Translations under genes and position numbers: made by a program
NCBI GenBank assembly: GCA_902628925.1
Contig: CACOPA010000001.1
Span: 326,532 to 390,531 of the forward strand
DNA from: an uncultured SAR86 cluster bacterium
GTDB taxonomy: Bacteria > Pseudomonadota > Gammaproteobacteria > Magnimaribacterales > D2472
Length of the DNA: 64,000 nt
Direction: 5' to 3'
Shown: one piece after another, positions 1 through 8,869 of the stretch
Numbering within the stretch: the first letter of the stretch is position 1
Layout of the letters: each line of letters begins with the position of its first letter
The notes under the pieces: generated by a model
The model's input: the letters and a program-made list of their open reading frames with translations, nothing else
What the model was told of the DNA's origin: nothing
The model's database searches: none

Positions 1-268
1 CACGTTCAATCGCTAAATGTTCTGCTACATCAACAAACTCACAACCCCCATAATATCTTTTGTCTGGATAACCCTCGGCATATTTATTAGTGAGCAAAGA
101 TCCTTGAGCTTCAAGTACTCGTTTACTTGCATAATTCTCAGAGGCAATAAGTTCAATATGATCTTCCTGTCGGATTGATTCATCTTGCATTGCTTGCCAC
201 AAATCCGCATCATAGCCAGCAATATCTGAGGGATTAGAAAAAATTAAATCAGCATGAGATTTCATCAT
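1..268 (-). CDS. glyA: Serine hydroxymethyltransferase, N-terminal part; the gene continues past the left edge
   Basis: Absent from the ORF track because no stop lies in the window. My minus-strand translation is [89 protein letters not shown]. It carries the conserved SHMT N-terminal motifs ELIASEN and [21 protein letters not shown] lies just upstream of tandem ATGs (complement of 266-268 and 263-265); the second ATG has better spacing. The listed ORF 25..222 is an out-of-frame artefact. Confidence 0.9.
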   Translation of the reverse strand, partial: MMKSHADLIFSNPSDIAGYDADLWQAMQDESIRQEDHIELIASENYASKRVLEAQGSLLTNKYAEGYPDKRYYGGCEFVDVAEHLAIER

Positions 269-314
269 TACTCCAAAAAATAGGTATATTGTTTAAGTTA
301 TTATTCTAATTTAT

Positions 315-968
315 CTAGGGTCTTTTGTGGGCAAATGGCCGAATTCTTTTCGGATTAATTGCTTTACAAATCTTACACTCAAGGGCAAAACATTCATGAG
401 CTTGGCAAAACTCTCTTCCCCAAAAGATAATTTGTAAATGCAGCTTGTTCCATAATTCCTCTGGAAAGATGCGTTTAAGGTCTTTTTCAGTTTGAGTAAC
501 ATTTTTACCATTAGTAAGCTTCCATCTTTGCGCTAAGCGGTGGATATGTGTGTCTACTGGAAATGCTGGATGACCAAAACCTTGGCTCATTACCACAGAA
601 GCAGTTTTATGCCCAACACCCGGGAGTTTTTCTAGTAGCATAAACTCTTCAGGCACTCGACCTTGATAGTCTTTAACTAAAATCTTTGAGAGTGATTTGA
701 TTGCCTTTGACTTTTGAGGGCCTAAACCGCAAGGTTTTATGACTTCATAGATCTGCTTTTGAGAGAGTTTTGCCATGGAATATGGATCATTTGCCAGCTT
801 AAAAAGCTTTGGCGTTATTTGATTTACTCGCTCATCTTTGCATTGAGCTGACAATAATACTGCTATTAAGAGTGTGAAGTTATCAGAATGGTCCAATGGA
901 ATTGGTGTTTTAGGATAATGTGATTCAAGAATATCGATAATAATCTGCGCTTTTTCTTTAATTTTCAT
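315..968 (-). CDS. nth: Endonuclease III family DNA glycosylase/AP lyase (HhH-GPD)
   Basis: Contains LLIAVLLSAQCKD, the HhH motif LPGVGHKTASVV with the catalytic Lys, VDTH, and a C-terminal Cys cluster. I prefer the start at MKIKEK (968) over the ORF-track 1007, because this removes the overlap with the divergent receptor gene. Confidence 0.85.
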   Translation of the reverse strand: MKIKEKAQIIIDILESHYPKTPIPLDHSDNFTLLIAVLLSAQCKDERVNQITPKLFKLANDPYSMAKLSQKQIYEVIKPCGLGPQKSKAIKSLSKILVKDYQGRVPEEFMLLEKLPGVGHKTASVVMSQGFGHPAFPVDTHIHRLAQRWKLTNGKNVTQTEKDLKRIFPEELWNKLHLQIIFWGREFCQAHECFALECKICKAINPKRIRPFAHKRP

Positions 969-1070
969 GAATTTAATATTTCGTAGATTTATTTGCCCAA
1001 AAAACACATATCAGTATATGATAAGACTCACGTTCAGACATATTTAGCACTATTAATAGGGGGGTGTAAT

Positions 1071-3956
1071 ATGAACCGTTATTTATTATCAACAATATTC
1101 GTTGTTACTGGATTATTTATTCCAAGCATCAACGCTCAAGAAGAAGAGAACAGAACCATTGAAGAAGTCGTGGTTTCCGCTCTCAGACAAGAAACATCAC
1201 TGCAAGATACTGCGATAACTGTAACAGCGATTACTGGCGATAGTCTTGAAACTCAACAAATTGAAAATATGGAAGATCTTCAGTTTGCTGTACCGACTCT
1301 TGGTTTCCAAAAAGGAGCTTATTCAGGTTCCGGTATTACCTTAAGAGGTATTGGTAACTTTGCTGTGGGTAACTCAACCAGTTCCTCTGTTGGATACTTC
1401 TGGAATGGTCAGGTTGCATCCATATCTTCACTTTATGAGGCTGAGCTCTTTGACGTAGAGCGAGTTGAGGTACTTCGTGGACCTCAAGGTACTCTTTTTG
1501 GAGATGGAACAACCGGTGGACTATTGCAAGTTATCTCAAAGAGACCTAACAGTGATTTCGGTGGCTATGTAAAAGCCGATATTGCTGAATATGATTCTAC
1601 TAGAATATCTGCTGCAGTTGATCTACCCCTATCAGATACTGTAAGAACAAGAATTGCTGCAAGTAGCCTTAAAAGAGGCGGCTTCGTAGTCAATAACTAT
1701 AATGATGAAGAATTGGATGATAGAAATACGCAATCTGCGAGAATTACTATTGAATGGGATGTTTCAGATGAAACCTTATTTACTCTAGTTCATGAAAACG
1801 TAAGCGCTGATGATAATCGATTAAGAGCAGCTAGACAGTTTTGTAAACAAGACTCATTCTTTGGTTGTAGTCCATTTGAAACTGGCATGGATGCTGTTTT
1901 CTCAGCCGGTAGTTATGGGCATTGGGTTCCCTATCTTCAGTTCCAAAATCCTGATTTACAATCAACTGTTTACAGAAATAATCCCTCAACAGATGTTAGA
2001 ACTGTTGATTTAGATTACACACCAATTCACTCAGCTGAGTATCAAAATACTTTACTTGAGATTCAAACTCAGCTTAGCGATGATATTTCAGTAACCATTT
2101 CTTCGCATTATGCAACTCGAGATTACCATGATCAGGCTGACTATGATCATTCTGTTTCAGTAGTAAATTATGCTATGGGACCAATAACTACGTCTCTGGG
2201 TATTGATAGCAATAACCACACAACTGGTGGAGTTGGCACTAAAGTTTATGCTTCTGATCAGGCAGTTGATAGATCAACTAATGAATCTGAGTGGTGGCAA
2301 AACGAGATCAGAATCGTATCTGATTATGACGGAAGCTTCAACTTCACAGCAGGTCTTTTCAGGTACGATGAAGACAGTGCTAATGAATATCAAATTATGA
2401 CGCCCTATATGCAATACTGGGCAAATACATCAGTTGGACCTGCTTGTACATTATTTGGACAATGCGGATATGGTGGTGCTCCTTTCTGGGCTCAATCATT
2501 CTTAGGTGCAGCCGCAGCGCAAGCACAAGTGCCTGCCTTAATTGCTGGCGGCATAATCACTCCTGCACAAGCCCAAGGCTATGTTCTTAATTCTGCTTTT
2601 GCTACAGGCGCAGCAGCTGCTGGTCAACTACCAACTAACGGTGTATTGCCGGATTGGCAGTCTTATTATCATAATGATTCAAACTTAAACAGGAATACTG
2701 CTGCTGTTTATGGAGAGATGTACTTTGATCTATCAGACCAAACAAGACTAACAGTTGGAGGAAGATACACAGAATACGAGATCAGTGATTGGGGATACTC
2801 ATCACTACTTGACCTTCAGGGTGATGCTGCTGGATATTATGGTCCAACTATACCTGCTGCAACCAATCGTGTGTTTGAATCTGATGAAACCACTTATAAG
2901 TTAGGATTAGATCACAGCATCAATGACAATCATCTTGTCTATGCAACATATAGCACTGGATTTAAGCCTGGTGGATCCAACCCAACTGACGGTGAGGGCG
3001 GTACTCCAACTGAGTTTGGGCCTGAGACTGCTAACGTATTTGAAGTTGGTATGAAGAGTACTTTCTTGGAAGGTGCTTTGCAAGTTAACACCTCTATCTA
3101 TTCAAATGACTATGAAGGACTTCAGCTTTCTAAAATTATCAGACGTTCTTCTGTAAATGAAAATGCCGATGCTACCATTGAAGGTATCGAAACAGAATTT
3201 AAATTCTTTGCTTCAAACACTTTATTGATTGATGGTTACATTGCTTGGACAGATGCTGTAATTGATGAGTTTAAATCTGTTGATCCATTAAACATCAATG
3301 CGGCTACTACAACATTACCAAACTCAAGTATTTTTGCTCCAATCGGGGGGACAGCAACTGGAATGTTTGGTGACTTTGCTCAATTCGCTGCACCTTGTGC
3401 TGCTGGTCTTGTAACTGGAGCGCTATGTGGAGCTGCAGCTGCTGCTGCAAATCCATTGTTTGCTGCTTTAGTAAAATATCAGTTAACAGATGCTGGAATA
3501 GTATATAAATCATTTGGACCTCTATGTACTCAGCCTTTCTATGGACTTGATTCAACAACTGCACCATGTCCAGCGACTGATGGTGTTGAACAAGATCTTG
3601 CCGGTAATAAAATGCCGCTATCTGCAGAGCTAAATTGGAGACTAGGTGTTAGTAAGTTCTTTGAAAGACCTGGAGGTACATGGATTTTCAGAGTTGACTA
3701 CACGTACAGAGATGAGACATGGTCAGATGCATTTAACAATGCCAGAGCATATACACCTGAGCTCGATTATATCGATGTTTCATTAAAATATACTGCTGCT
3801 GATGACTCTTGGTATGCAGGTGTTTATGTTAGAAATGCTGGAGATGAAGATCACCTTTATGCTAAATATTCTACAGATCCAACTGTAGCTGGTTTTGCTA
3901 ACGGTGTAGCGATTGATCCAAAAATTGCTGGTTTCAACTTTGGTATTAATTTCTAA
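1071..3956 (+). CDS. TonB-dependent outer-membrane receptor (about 961 aa), substrate unknown
   Basis: Signal peptide MNRYLLSTIFVVTGLFIPSINAQ follows a G-rich RBS (aggggggtg). Plug-domain motifs are EEVVVSALRQE, VEVLRGPQGTLFG and GG. The barrel ends in aromatic FGINF. The 993 start in the track adds a non-signal extension. Confidence 0.9.
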   Translation: MNRYLLSTIFVVTGLFIPSINAQEEENRTIEEVVVSALRQETSLQDTAITVTAITGDSLETQQIENMEDLQFAVPTLGFQKGAYSGSGITLRGIGNFAVGNSTSSSVGYFWNGQVASISSLYEAELFDVERVEVLRGPQGTLFGDGTTGGLLQVISKRPNSDFGGYVKADIAEYDSTRISAAVDLPLSDTVRTRIAASSLKRGGFVVNNYNDEELDDRNTQSARITIEWDVSDETLFTLVHENVSADDNRLRAARQFCKQDSFFGCSPFETGMDAVFSAGSYGHWVPYLQFQNPDLQSTVYRNNPSTDVRTVDLDYTPIHSAEYQNTLLEIQTQLSDDISVTISSHYATRDYHDQADYDHSVSVVNYAMGPITTSLGIDSNNHTTGGVGTKVYASDQAVDRSTNESEWWQNEIRIVSDYDGSFNFTAGLFRYDEDSANEYQIMTPYMQYWANTSVGPACTLFGQCGYGGAPFWAQSFLGAAAAQAQVPALIAGGIITPAQAQGYVLNSAFATGAAAAGQLPTNGVLPDWQSYYHNDSNLNRNTAAVYGEMYFDLSDQTRLTVGGRYTEYEISDWGYSSLLDLQGDAAGYYGPTIPAATNRVFESDETTYKLGLDHSINDNHLVYATYSTGFKPGGSNPTDGEGGTPTEFGPETANVFEVGMKSTFLEGALQVNTSIYSNDYEGLQLSKIIRRSSVNENADATIEGIETEFKFFASNTLLIDGYIAWTDAVIDEFKSVDPLNINAATTTLPNSSIFAPIGGTATGMFGDFAQFAAPCAAGLVTGALCGAAAAAANPLFAALVKYQLTDAGIVYKSFGPLCTQPFYGLDSTTAPCPATDGVEQDLAGNKMPLSAELNWRLGVSKFFERPGGTWIFRVDYTYRDETWSDAFNNARAYTPELDYIDVSLKYTAADDSWYAGVYVRNAGDEDHLYAKYSTDPTVAGFANGVAIDPKIAGFNFGINF

Positions 3957-3972
3957 AAATAATTATTTGATG

Positions 3973-3999
3973 AAAGCCCGGTTTATCCGGGCTTTTTTA
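3973..3999 (+). terminator. Rho-independent terminator after the TonB receptor gene
   Basis: The sequence aaAGCCCGG-tttat-CCGGGCTtttttat forms a GC-rich 7-bp stem with a 5-nt loop and a T-run, 17 nt after the stop. Confidence 0.8.
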
Positions 4000-4004
4000 T
4001 TTAT

Positions 4005-4310
4005 ATGAAGCAAGTAGAAAAATTTTTAATCAAACTTAAAGAATTTTTTTTGGCAGAAAATGCTGAAAATCAAAAAATGCTTGATACCTATATTAAATTT
4101 GCGGAAGGCAAGGCATCGGATGAGGAATTAGCAAAAGCAAACGATCAGCTTGCTGAAAATTTTAAAAATTTAGGTTTGGGTGTTCTTGTCATACTGCCCT
4201 TCAGTCCAATAACAATCCCTTATATTTTTAAAAAAGCACAAGAGTATAAGATAGATATTGTGCCCAAATGGTATAAGAATATTATCAATGAAAATAAGGA
4301 AATTAAATAG
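4005..4310 (+). CDS. Small hypothetical protein (101 aa) with a coiled, acidic N-terminus and one hydrophobic segment
   Basis: The ORF sits between a strong terminator and the thiolase promoter region. The hydrophobic stretch LGLGVLVILPFSPITIPYIF loosely recalls LETM1-like ribosome-binding-domain proteins. No firm family assignment is possible by eye. Confidence 0.45.
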   Translation: MKQVEKFLIKLKEFFLAENAENQKMLDTYIKFAEGKASDEELAKANDQLAENFKNLGLGVLVILPFSPITIPYIFKKAQEYKIDIVPKWYKNIINENKEIK

Positions 4311-4321
4311 CTTATTTAGAT

Positions 4322-4351
4322 TTGCAGAGGGCAGTTTGTGGCATATATAAT
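4322..4351 (+). promoter_or_regulatory. Candidate sigma70 promoter for the thiolase-thiL-pgpA unit
   Basis: TTGCAG (4322-4327), an 18-nt spacer, then TATAAT (4346-4351). AGGAG lies 6-7 nt before the ATG at 4398. The AT-rich background makes chance matches likely. Confidence 0.3.
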
Positions 4352-4397
4352 GCCATATTCCTGGGTATTCAGATAAAGTTTAAAAAGGAGAATAATA

Positions 4398-5591
4398 ATG
4401 AAAACAGCTGTAATAGTTGATAGCGTTAGAACAGGCCTTGCAAAATCGCATAGAGGTGGTTTTAACATTACAAGAGCTGATGACATGCTTGCACATATCA
4501 TCAACAACCTAATGGAAAGAAATTCAAATTTGCCAGGTGAGGCGGTTGAAGATGTCATCATGGGGTGCGGTAATCCAGAAGGACCAATGGGTCATAATAT
4601 AGGAAGAAATGCTGCTGTGCTTTCAAACCTCCCCGTTACTGTTGGAGGTACAACTGTAAATAGATATTGTTCTTCAGGACTTCAAACTGTTTCCATGGCT
4701 GCAAGTCAAGTAATGGCTGGATGTTATGATACTGTTATTGCTGGTGGAGTAGAGCAAATTTCTATGTTGCAAGGAAAGCAAAACATGGAAGGCTTTGTTA
4801 ATGAAAAACTTGCTGAGCAAAGTCCTGGTATTTATCACCCAATGGGTATAACTGCAGAAACCGTTGCTAAAAGATATGATGTATCAAGAGAATCTCAAGA
4901 TGAATATGCTTTGGAGAGCCAAAAGAGAACTGCGAATGCTCAAGAGCTAGGTTTATATGATGATGAGATTGTTCCAATGAAAACCAAGATGCTACTTGTT
5001 AACAAAGAAACTGGTGATTCAAAAGAAGTCGACTATACAGTTGATAAAGATGAATGTAACAGACCAGATACAACATTGGAGGGCCTTTCTTCTCTAAAGC
5101 CTGTCTTTGATCCAGAAAATGGATCAGTTACTGCTGGAAATTCCTCTCAGCTGTCTGACGGTGCTTCAGTGACCTTGGTTATGAGTGAAGAAAAAGCACT
5201 CGAACTTGGCTTAAAGCCTTTAGCTTATTTTAGAGGTTTCACTACTATGGGTTGTGAGCCAGATGAAATGGGTATTGGACCAGTTTTTTCAGTACCAAAA
5301 TTACTAAAAAACTATGATTTAAACGTTGATGATATCGACTTATGGGAATTAAATGAGGCTTTTGCGGTGCAGGTTGTTTATTGCAGAGATAAGCTAGGTA
5401 TCTCCATGGATAAGCTCAATGTAAATGGGGGCTCAATTTCAATTGGTCATCCATTTGGTATGACAGGCTCGCGACAGGTTGGCCATATGGTTAGAGAACT
5501 TAATCGTCAAGATAAGCAATTTGGTGTTGTAACCATGTGTGTAGGTGGTGGCATGGGTGCCAGTGGCCTATTCGAAAGATACCCAAGTTAA
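4398..5591 (+). CDS. Acetyl-CoA C-acyltransferase / 3-ketoacyl-CoA thiolase
   Basis: Thiolase signatures are present: NRYCSSGLQ (active-site Cys), NEAFA, GGSISIGHPFGMTG and CVGGGMG. Strong RBS. Confidence 0.9.
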   Translation: MKTAVIVDSVRTGLAKSHRGGFNITRADDMLAHIINNLMERNSNLPGEAVEDVIMGCGNPEGPMGHNIGRNAAVLSNLPVTVGGTTVNRYCSSGLQTVSMAASQVMAGCYDTVIAGGVEQISMLQGKQNMEGFVNEKLAEQSPGIYHPMGITAETVAKRYDVSRESQDEYALESQKRTANAQELGLYDDEIVPMKTKMLLVNKETGDSKEVDYTVDKDECNRPDTTLEGLSSLKPVFDPENGSVTAGNSSQLSDGASVTLVMSEEKALELGLKPLAYFRGFTTMGCEPDEMGIGPVFSVPKLLKNYDLNVDDIDLWELNEAFAVQVVYCRDKLGISMDKLNVNGGSISIGHPFGMTGSRQVGHMVRELNRQDKQFGVVTMCVGGGMGASGLFERYPS

Positions 5592-5593
5592 AA

Positions 5594-6505
5594 ATCATTT
5601 CTGAATTCAAGATTATTGAGAAGTACCTATCTAATATAGGTACTTCTTATAATAATAAGAATAAGATCTTGAAAGGTGTTGGAGACGATGCCGCGGTAAT
5701 TTCACTATCAGATAATCTTATTGTTTCAACTGATACCTCCGTAGAGGGTGTCCATTTTCCAAAGGCTATTAAACCAGAGTATGCAGCCTATAGAGCATGT
5801 GTTACAGCACTAAGTGATCTGGCAGCAATGGGCTCTCATCCATTAGCCTTTCAGCTTTCTCTTTCCACTAGAGAGAATAGCCCAAAATTTTTTTCCTCAT
5901 TTAAAAAAGGACTTCAAGATTTTTCAAATGATTACAAAATTGGCTTAAGTGGTGGTGATCTTGTGAAAGGACAATACCAGATATCTGTGACTGTCTTTGG
6001 TAAACAGCATTCAAAAGTTTTGCTAAGAAATAACGCTAATGTTGGTGACATTGTTTGTTTATCCGGTCAATTAGGCAATGGTTTATTTGGTATGCAGAAC
6101 TTCAAAAAGCGTAATAGAGAAAATAAGATTTCATCTGCTTATCTTAAACCTAAAGCTCTAATTGATTATGGCAAAATCATTGCAGGATTTGCCTCGAGTG
6201 CGATTGATATTTCTGATGGATTTCTTCAAGACCTTGAACATCTAAGCAAAGCATCTAATATAGGATTCGAATTATCTTCAAGCTTAATACCCTACAATTT
6301 AAATTTATCATTAAACCAATGCTTAAATTGCGGTGATGATTATCAATTAATTTTTACTGTGCCTAAAAAAAATATTCAGTCTCTTGCCATAAAAATGAAA
6401 AAAATGAAGTTTGAAATGTATCAAGTTGGCACATCAATTAAAACGAAGAAAATATATCTTGATGGTAAAATAACTTCATTAAATAAAGGCTATAAGCATT
6501 TCTAA
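5594..6505 (+). CDS. thiL: Thiamine-monophosphate kinase
   Basis: Contains GVGDDAAVI, TDTSVEGVHF, ALSDLAAMG, GGD and DISDG. The homologous N-terminus begins near SEFKIIEKYL. The start is uncertain: the only canonical in-frame start is GTG 5537, inside the thiolase gene. ATC 5594 and ATT 5597 are positioned as expected. See finding. Confidence 0.8.
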   Translation: MISEFKIIEKYLSNIGTSYNNKNKILKGVGDDAAVISLSDNLIVSTDTSVEGVHFPKAIKPEYAAYRACVTALSDLAAMGSHPLAFQLSLSTRENSPKFFSSFKKGLQDFSNDYKIGLSGGDLVKGQYQISVTVFGKQHSKVLLRNNANVGDIVCLSGQLGNGLFGMQNFKKRNRENKISSAYLKPKALIDYGKIIAGFASSAIDISDGFLQDLEHLSKASNIGFELSSSLIPYNLNLSLNQCLNCGDDYQLIFTVPKKNIQSLAIKMKKMKFEMYQVGTSIKTKKIYLDGKITSLNKGYKHF

Positions 6506-6511
6506 ATTTAT

Positions 6512-6973
6512 ATGAGTTTCCCAAATTATAATAATGTATCCCATGTTCTGGCGACTTGCTTTGGGGTTGGATCTATCCCATTTGCTCCAGGAACTTGGGG
6601 AAGCTTATTTGCTATTTTATTAATTTATAACATAGCTTTTTTGCAAGAGTGGATTATTCTTGCAACAGCTTTAATAGTAGCTTTTAGTTGGTGGGTTTGT
6701 GTTGAAATACATAAAGAAACAAAGTCCGATAGCTCAGAAATTGTTATTGATGAATTTGCAGGAATGTTTGTGGCTTGCATGTTTATCAATCATGATTTTA
6801 TTTCACTCGTCTTTGCATTTTTATTTTTTCGTTTTTTTGACATTGTTAAACCATGGCCAATTTCATGGGTCGATAAAAATATTAAAAATGGACCAGGAAT
6901 CTTGATTGATGATCTTCTTGCAGGATTATTCTCAGGCATTTTAATGCTTGGCATTTTTGAAATTATAATTTGA
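6512..6973 (+). CDS. pgpA: Phosphatidylglycerophosphatase A
   Basis: Contains FGVGSIPFAPGTWGSL, DEFAGM and FRFFDIVKPWPI. Shows the classic thiL-pgpA adjacency. Confidence 0.85.
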   Translation: MSFPNYNNVSHVLATCFGVGSIPFAPGTWGSLFAILLIYNIAFLQEWIILATALIVAFSWWVCVEIHKETKSDSSEIVIDEFAGMFVACMFINHDFISLVFAFLFFRFFDIVKPWPISWVDKNIKNGPGILIDDLLAGLFSGILMLGIFEIII

Positions 6974-6975
6974 TG

Positions 6976-6993
6976 TGTAAAAGGATTTTTACA
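6976..6993. terminator. Weak AT-rich hairpin between convergent pgpA and dxs
   Basis: TGTAAAA-ggat-TTTTACA, a 7-bp stem. It is the only structure in the 37-bp convergent gap. Low predicted stability. Confidence 0.3.
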
Positions 6994-7010
6994 AAATCAA
7001 AATCTTATTA

Positions 7011-8867
7011 CTAAATTAATTTTTTAATCTGATCGAGTATGGCATCTTCATCAAGACAAGCCATTTTTATCATTTCATCTCTACTGGCATGCTCAATGAA
7101 TACATCAGGAATACCAAATGATTTGATGGTTACATTCAAATTATTATCAGCAAACCATTCTTGAACAGCTGATCCTGCACCGCCATAGCGACTACCATCC
7201 TCAATAGTAACAATTAGTATTTTATCATGTATTTTTTTAAGAAACTCAGCATCAAGGGGTTTCACAAATCTCATATCAGCTAAAGAGCAATTTAATTTTT
7301 CTGCAACGTTTTTACTCATCTCCATCAGAGCACCGAAATTTAGGATAATTATTTCTGATTCTTTATTGATCACAAGATTTGATTTACCTATCTGTAATGT
7401 TCCTAAGCCCTTATCAATTTGAATATTTGGACCGGTTCCTCTTGGATAGCGAATAGCTGCTGGACCCTTATGCTTGTAACCAGTGGATAACAGCTTTCTG
7501 GTTTCATTTTCATCGGATGGGGTCATGATTATCATGTTTGGAATACATCTTAGATAGGCAAGATCATAATTACCTGAGTGTGTTGGACCATCCTCGCCAA
7601 CAAGTCCGGCTCTATCGATTGCAAAGGTAACGTCTAGATTTTGTAGCGCTACATCATGAATCAATTGATCATATGCCCTTTGTAAAAATGTTGAGTAAAT
7701 CGCAACAATTGGTTTCTTACCTTCTACTGCCAAACCAGCTGCAAATGTAACAGCGTGTTGTTCAGCTATGGCTACATCAAAGTATCTATCAGTAAATTTT
7801 CTACTAAATTCAACCAATCCAGACCCTTCTCGCATTGCCGGAGTTATTGCATATAAGCTTTCATCTTCCGTTGCCATATCAACAATCCATTCACTAAAAA
7901 TATCCTGATATTTTGGTTTTGAACTATTTTGTTTTCTTGCAACAGGTTTTATTTTTCCAATGGCATGAAAACCTATTCGGTCAGCTTCAGCCGGATCAAG
8001 ACCTGCTCCTTTTTTCGTAATGATATGCAAAAACTGTGGTCCTTCAAAATCCTTTAAATTCTTTATGACACTTAGTAATTCATCAATATCATGTCCATCA
8101 ACTGGACCAATGTAATTTAGTCCCAGTTCCTCAAAGATTGATCCTGGCGAAACCATGCTCTTCATTTGTGTCTCTACTTTTCGAGCTAGATGATGAGCTT
8201 GCGGTAGATTTTCTAGGAAGCTTTTTCCACCTTTTCTAATTCCTTTATAAAGTTTTGAAGCCCAAATTCTAGAAAAATAATTAGATAAGCCACCTACATT
8301 TTCGGAGATAGACATATCATTGTCATTGAGTATGATCAGTATATTTGGCTTTACGCTGCCAGCATGACTCATTGCCTCAAATGCCATACCTGCAGTCATT
8401 GCTCCATCACCAATCACAGCAATTGTTTTTTTATTTTGATTAGCAACAGCCATCCCTAAAGCTGCACTAATTGACGTGCTTGAATGACCGGTACCAAAAG
8501 CATCATACTTACTTTCGGTTCTTGAAGGAAAGGGAGCTAGACCCCCTTTAATTCTGATGGTTTTAAGTTTATCTCTTCTTCCAGTCAGAATTTTATGTGG
8601 ATAGGCTTGATGACCCACATCCCATATTAAATTATCATCCGGAGTATTAAACAAGTAGTGCAAAACAACGGTTAACTCAACAACACCTAAACCGCCACCT
8701 AAATGACCGCCCGTTTGTCCAACTTGATAGAGCAAAAATGCTCTTAATTCATCGGCTAAATTTTTGAGCTGCTCAAGGGTTAGAGGTTTCAAATCTTTAG
8801 GTGAATTAATTTCATCAAGCAAAGGTGTGCTAGGGCGAGAATTTGGTATTTCTTTAAAAAATCTCAT
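7011..8867 (-). CDS. dxs: 1-deoxy-D-xylulose-5-phosphate synthase
   Basis: 618 aa. Contains GGHLGGGLGVVELT, the TPP motif GDGAMTAGMAFEA, and a transketolase-like C-terminus. Confidence 0.95.
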   Translation of the reverse strand: MRFFKEIPNSRPSTPLLDEINSPKDLKPLTLEQLKNLADELRAFLLYQVGQTGGHLGGGLGVVELTVVLHYLFNTPDDNLIWDVGHQAYPHKILTGRRDKLKTIRIKGGLAPFPSRTESKYDAFGTGHSSTSISAALGMAVANQNKKTIAVIGDGAMTAGMAFEAMSHAGSVKPNILIILNDNDMSISENVGGLSNYFSRIWASKLYKGIRKGGKSFLENLPQAHHLARKVETQMKSMVSPGSIFEELGLNYIGPVDGHDIDELLSVIKNLKDFEGPQFLHIITKKGAGLDPAEADRIGFHAIGKIKPVARKQNSSKPKYQDIFSEWIVDMATEDESLYAITPAMREGSGLVEFSRKFTDRYFDVAIAEQHAVTFAAGLAVEGKKPIVAIYSTFLQRAYDQLIHDVALQNLDVTFAIDRAGLVGEDGPTHSGNYDLAYLRCIPNMIIMTPSDENETRKLLSTGYKHKGPAAIRYPRGTGPNIQIDKGLGTLQIGKSNLVINKESEIIILNFGALMEMSKNVAEKLNCSLADMRFVKPLDAEFLKKIHDKILIVTIEDGSRYGGAGSAVQEWFADNNLNVTIKSFGIPDVFIEHASRDEMIKMACLDEDAILDQIKKLI

Positions 8868-8869
8868 AG

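Noticed and set aside
1012-1030. Possible Fur box (agtatatgataagactcac) upstream of the TonB-dependent receptor
   Set aside because: Only a partial match to the GATAATGATAATCATTATC consensus, with no dyad symmetry. In about 30 percent GC DNA such matches are expected by chance.
993-1070. N-terminal extensions offered by the ORF track (993 for the receptor, 1007 for nth, 39852 for pyrF, 40501 for pgi, 55264 for the TviB-like gene, 60459 for the GT fusion, 18695 for the AlkA-like gene, 14731 for the P-like gene)
   Set aside because: In each case an internal ATG coincides with the start of family homology or a signal peptide, and it removes long overlaps with the upstream gene.
3307-3567. Antisense or out-of-frame small ORFs nested in long genes, e.g. 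25..222, 311..511, 2203..2400, 3307..3567, 4316..4561, 10751..10957, 11894..12184, 18186..18533, 28317..28655, 30794..31039, 44964..45419, 54953..55300, 61187..61465, 62162..62497, 63231..63449
   Set aside because: Each lies wholly inside a longer ORF with clear family motifs on the other strand or frame. Their translations are low-complexity or mirror the host codon pattern, and none has an RBS or recognisable domain.
4339-4355. Hairpin TGGCAT-atata-ATGCCA considered as a terminator of the small ORF
   Set aside because: No downstream T-run, and it overlaps the candidate -10 element of the thiolase promoter. Its role is ambiguous, so it is not called as a feature.
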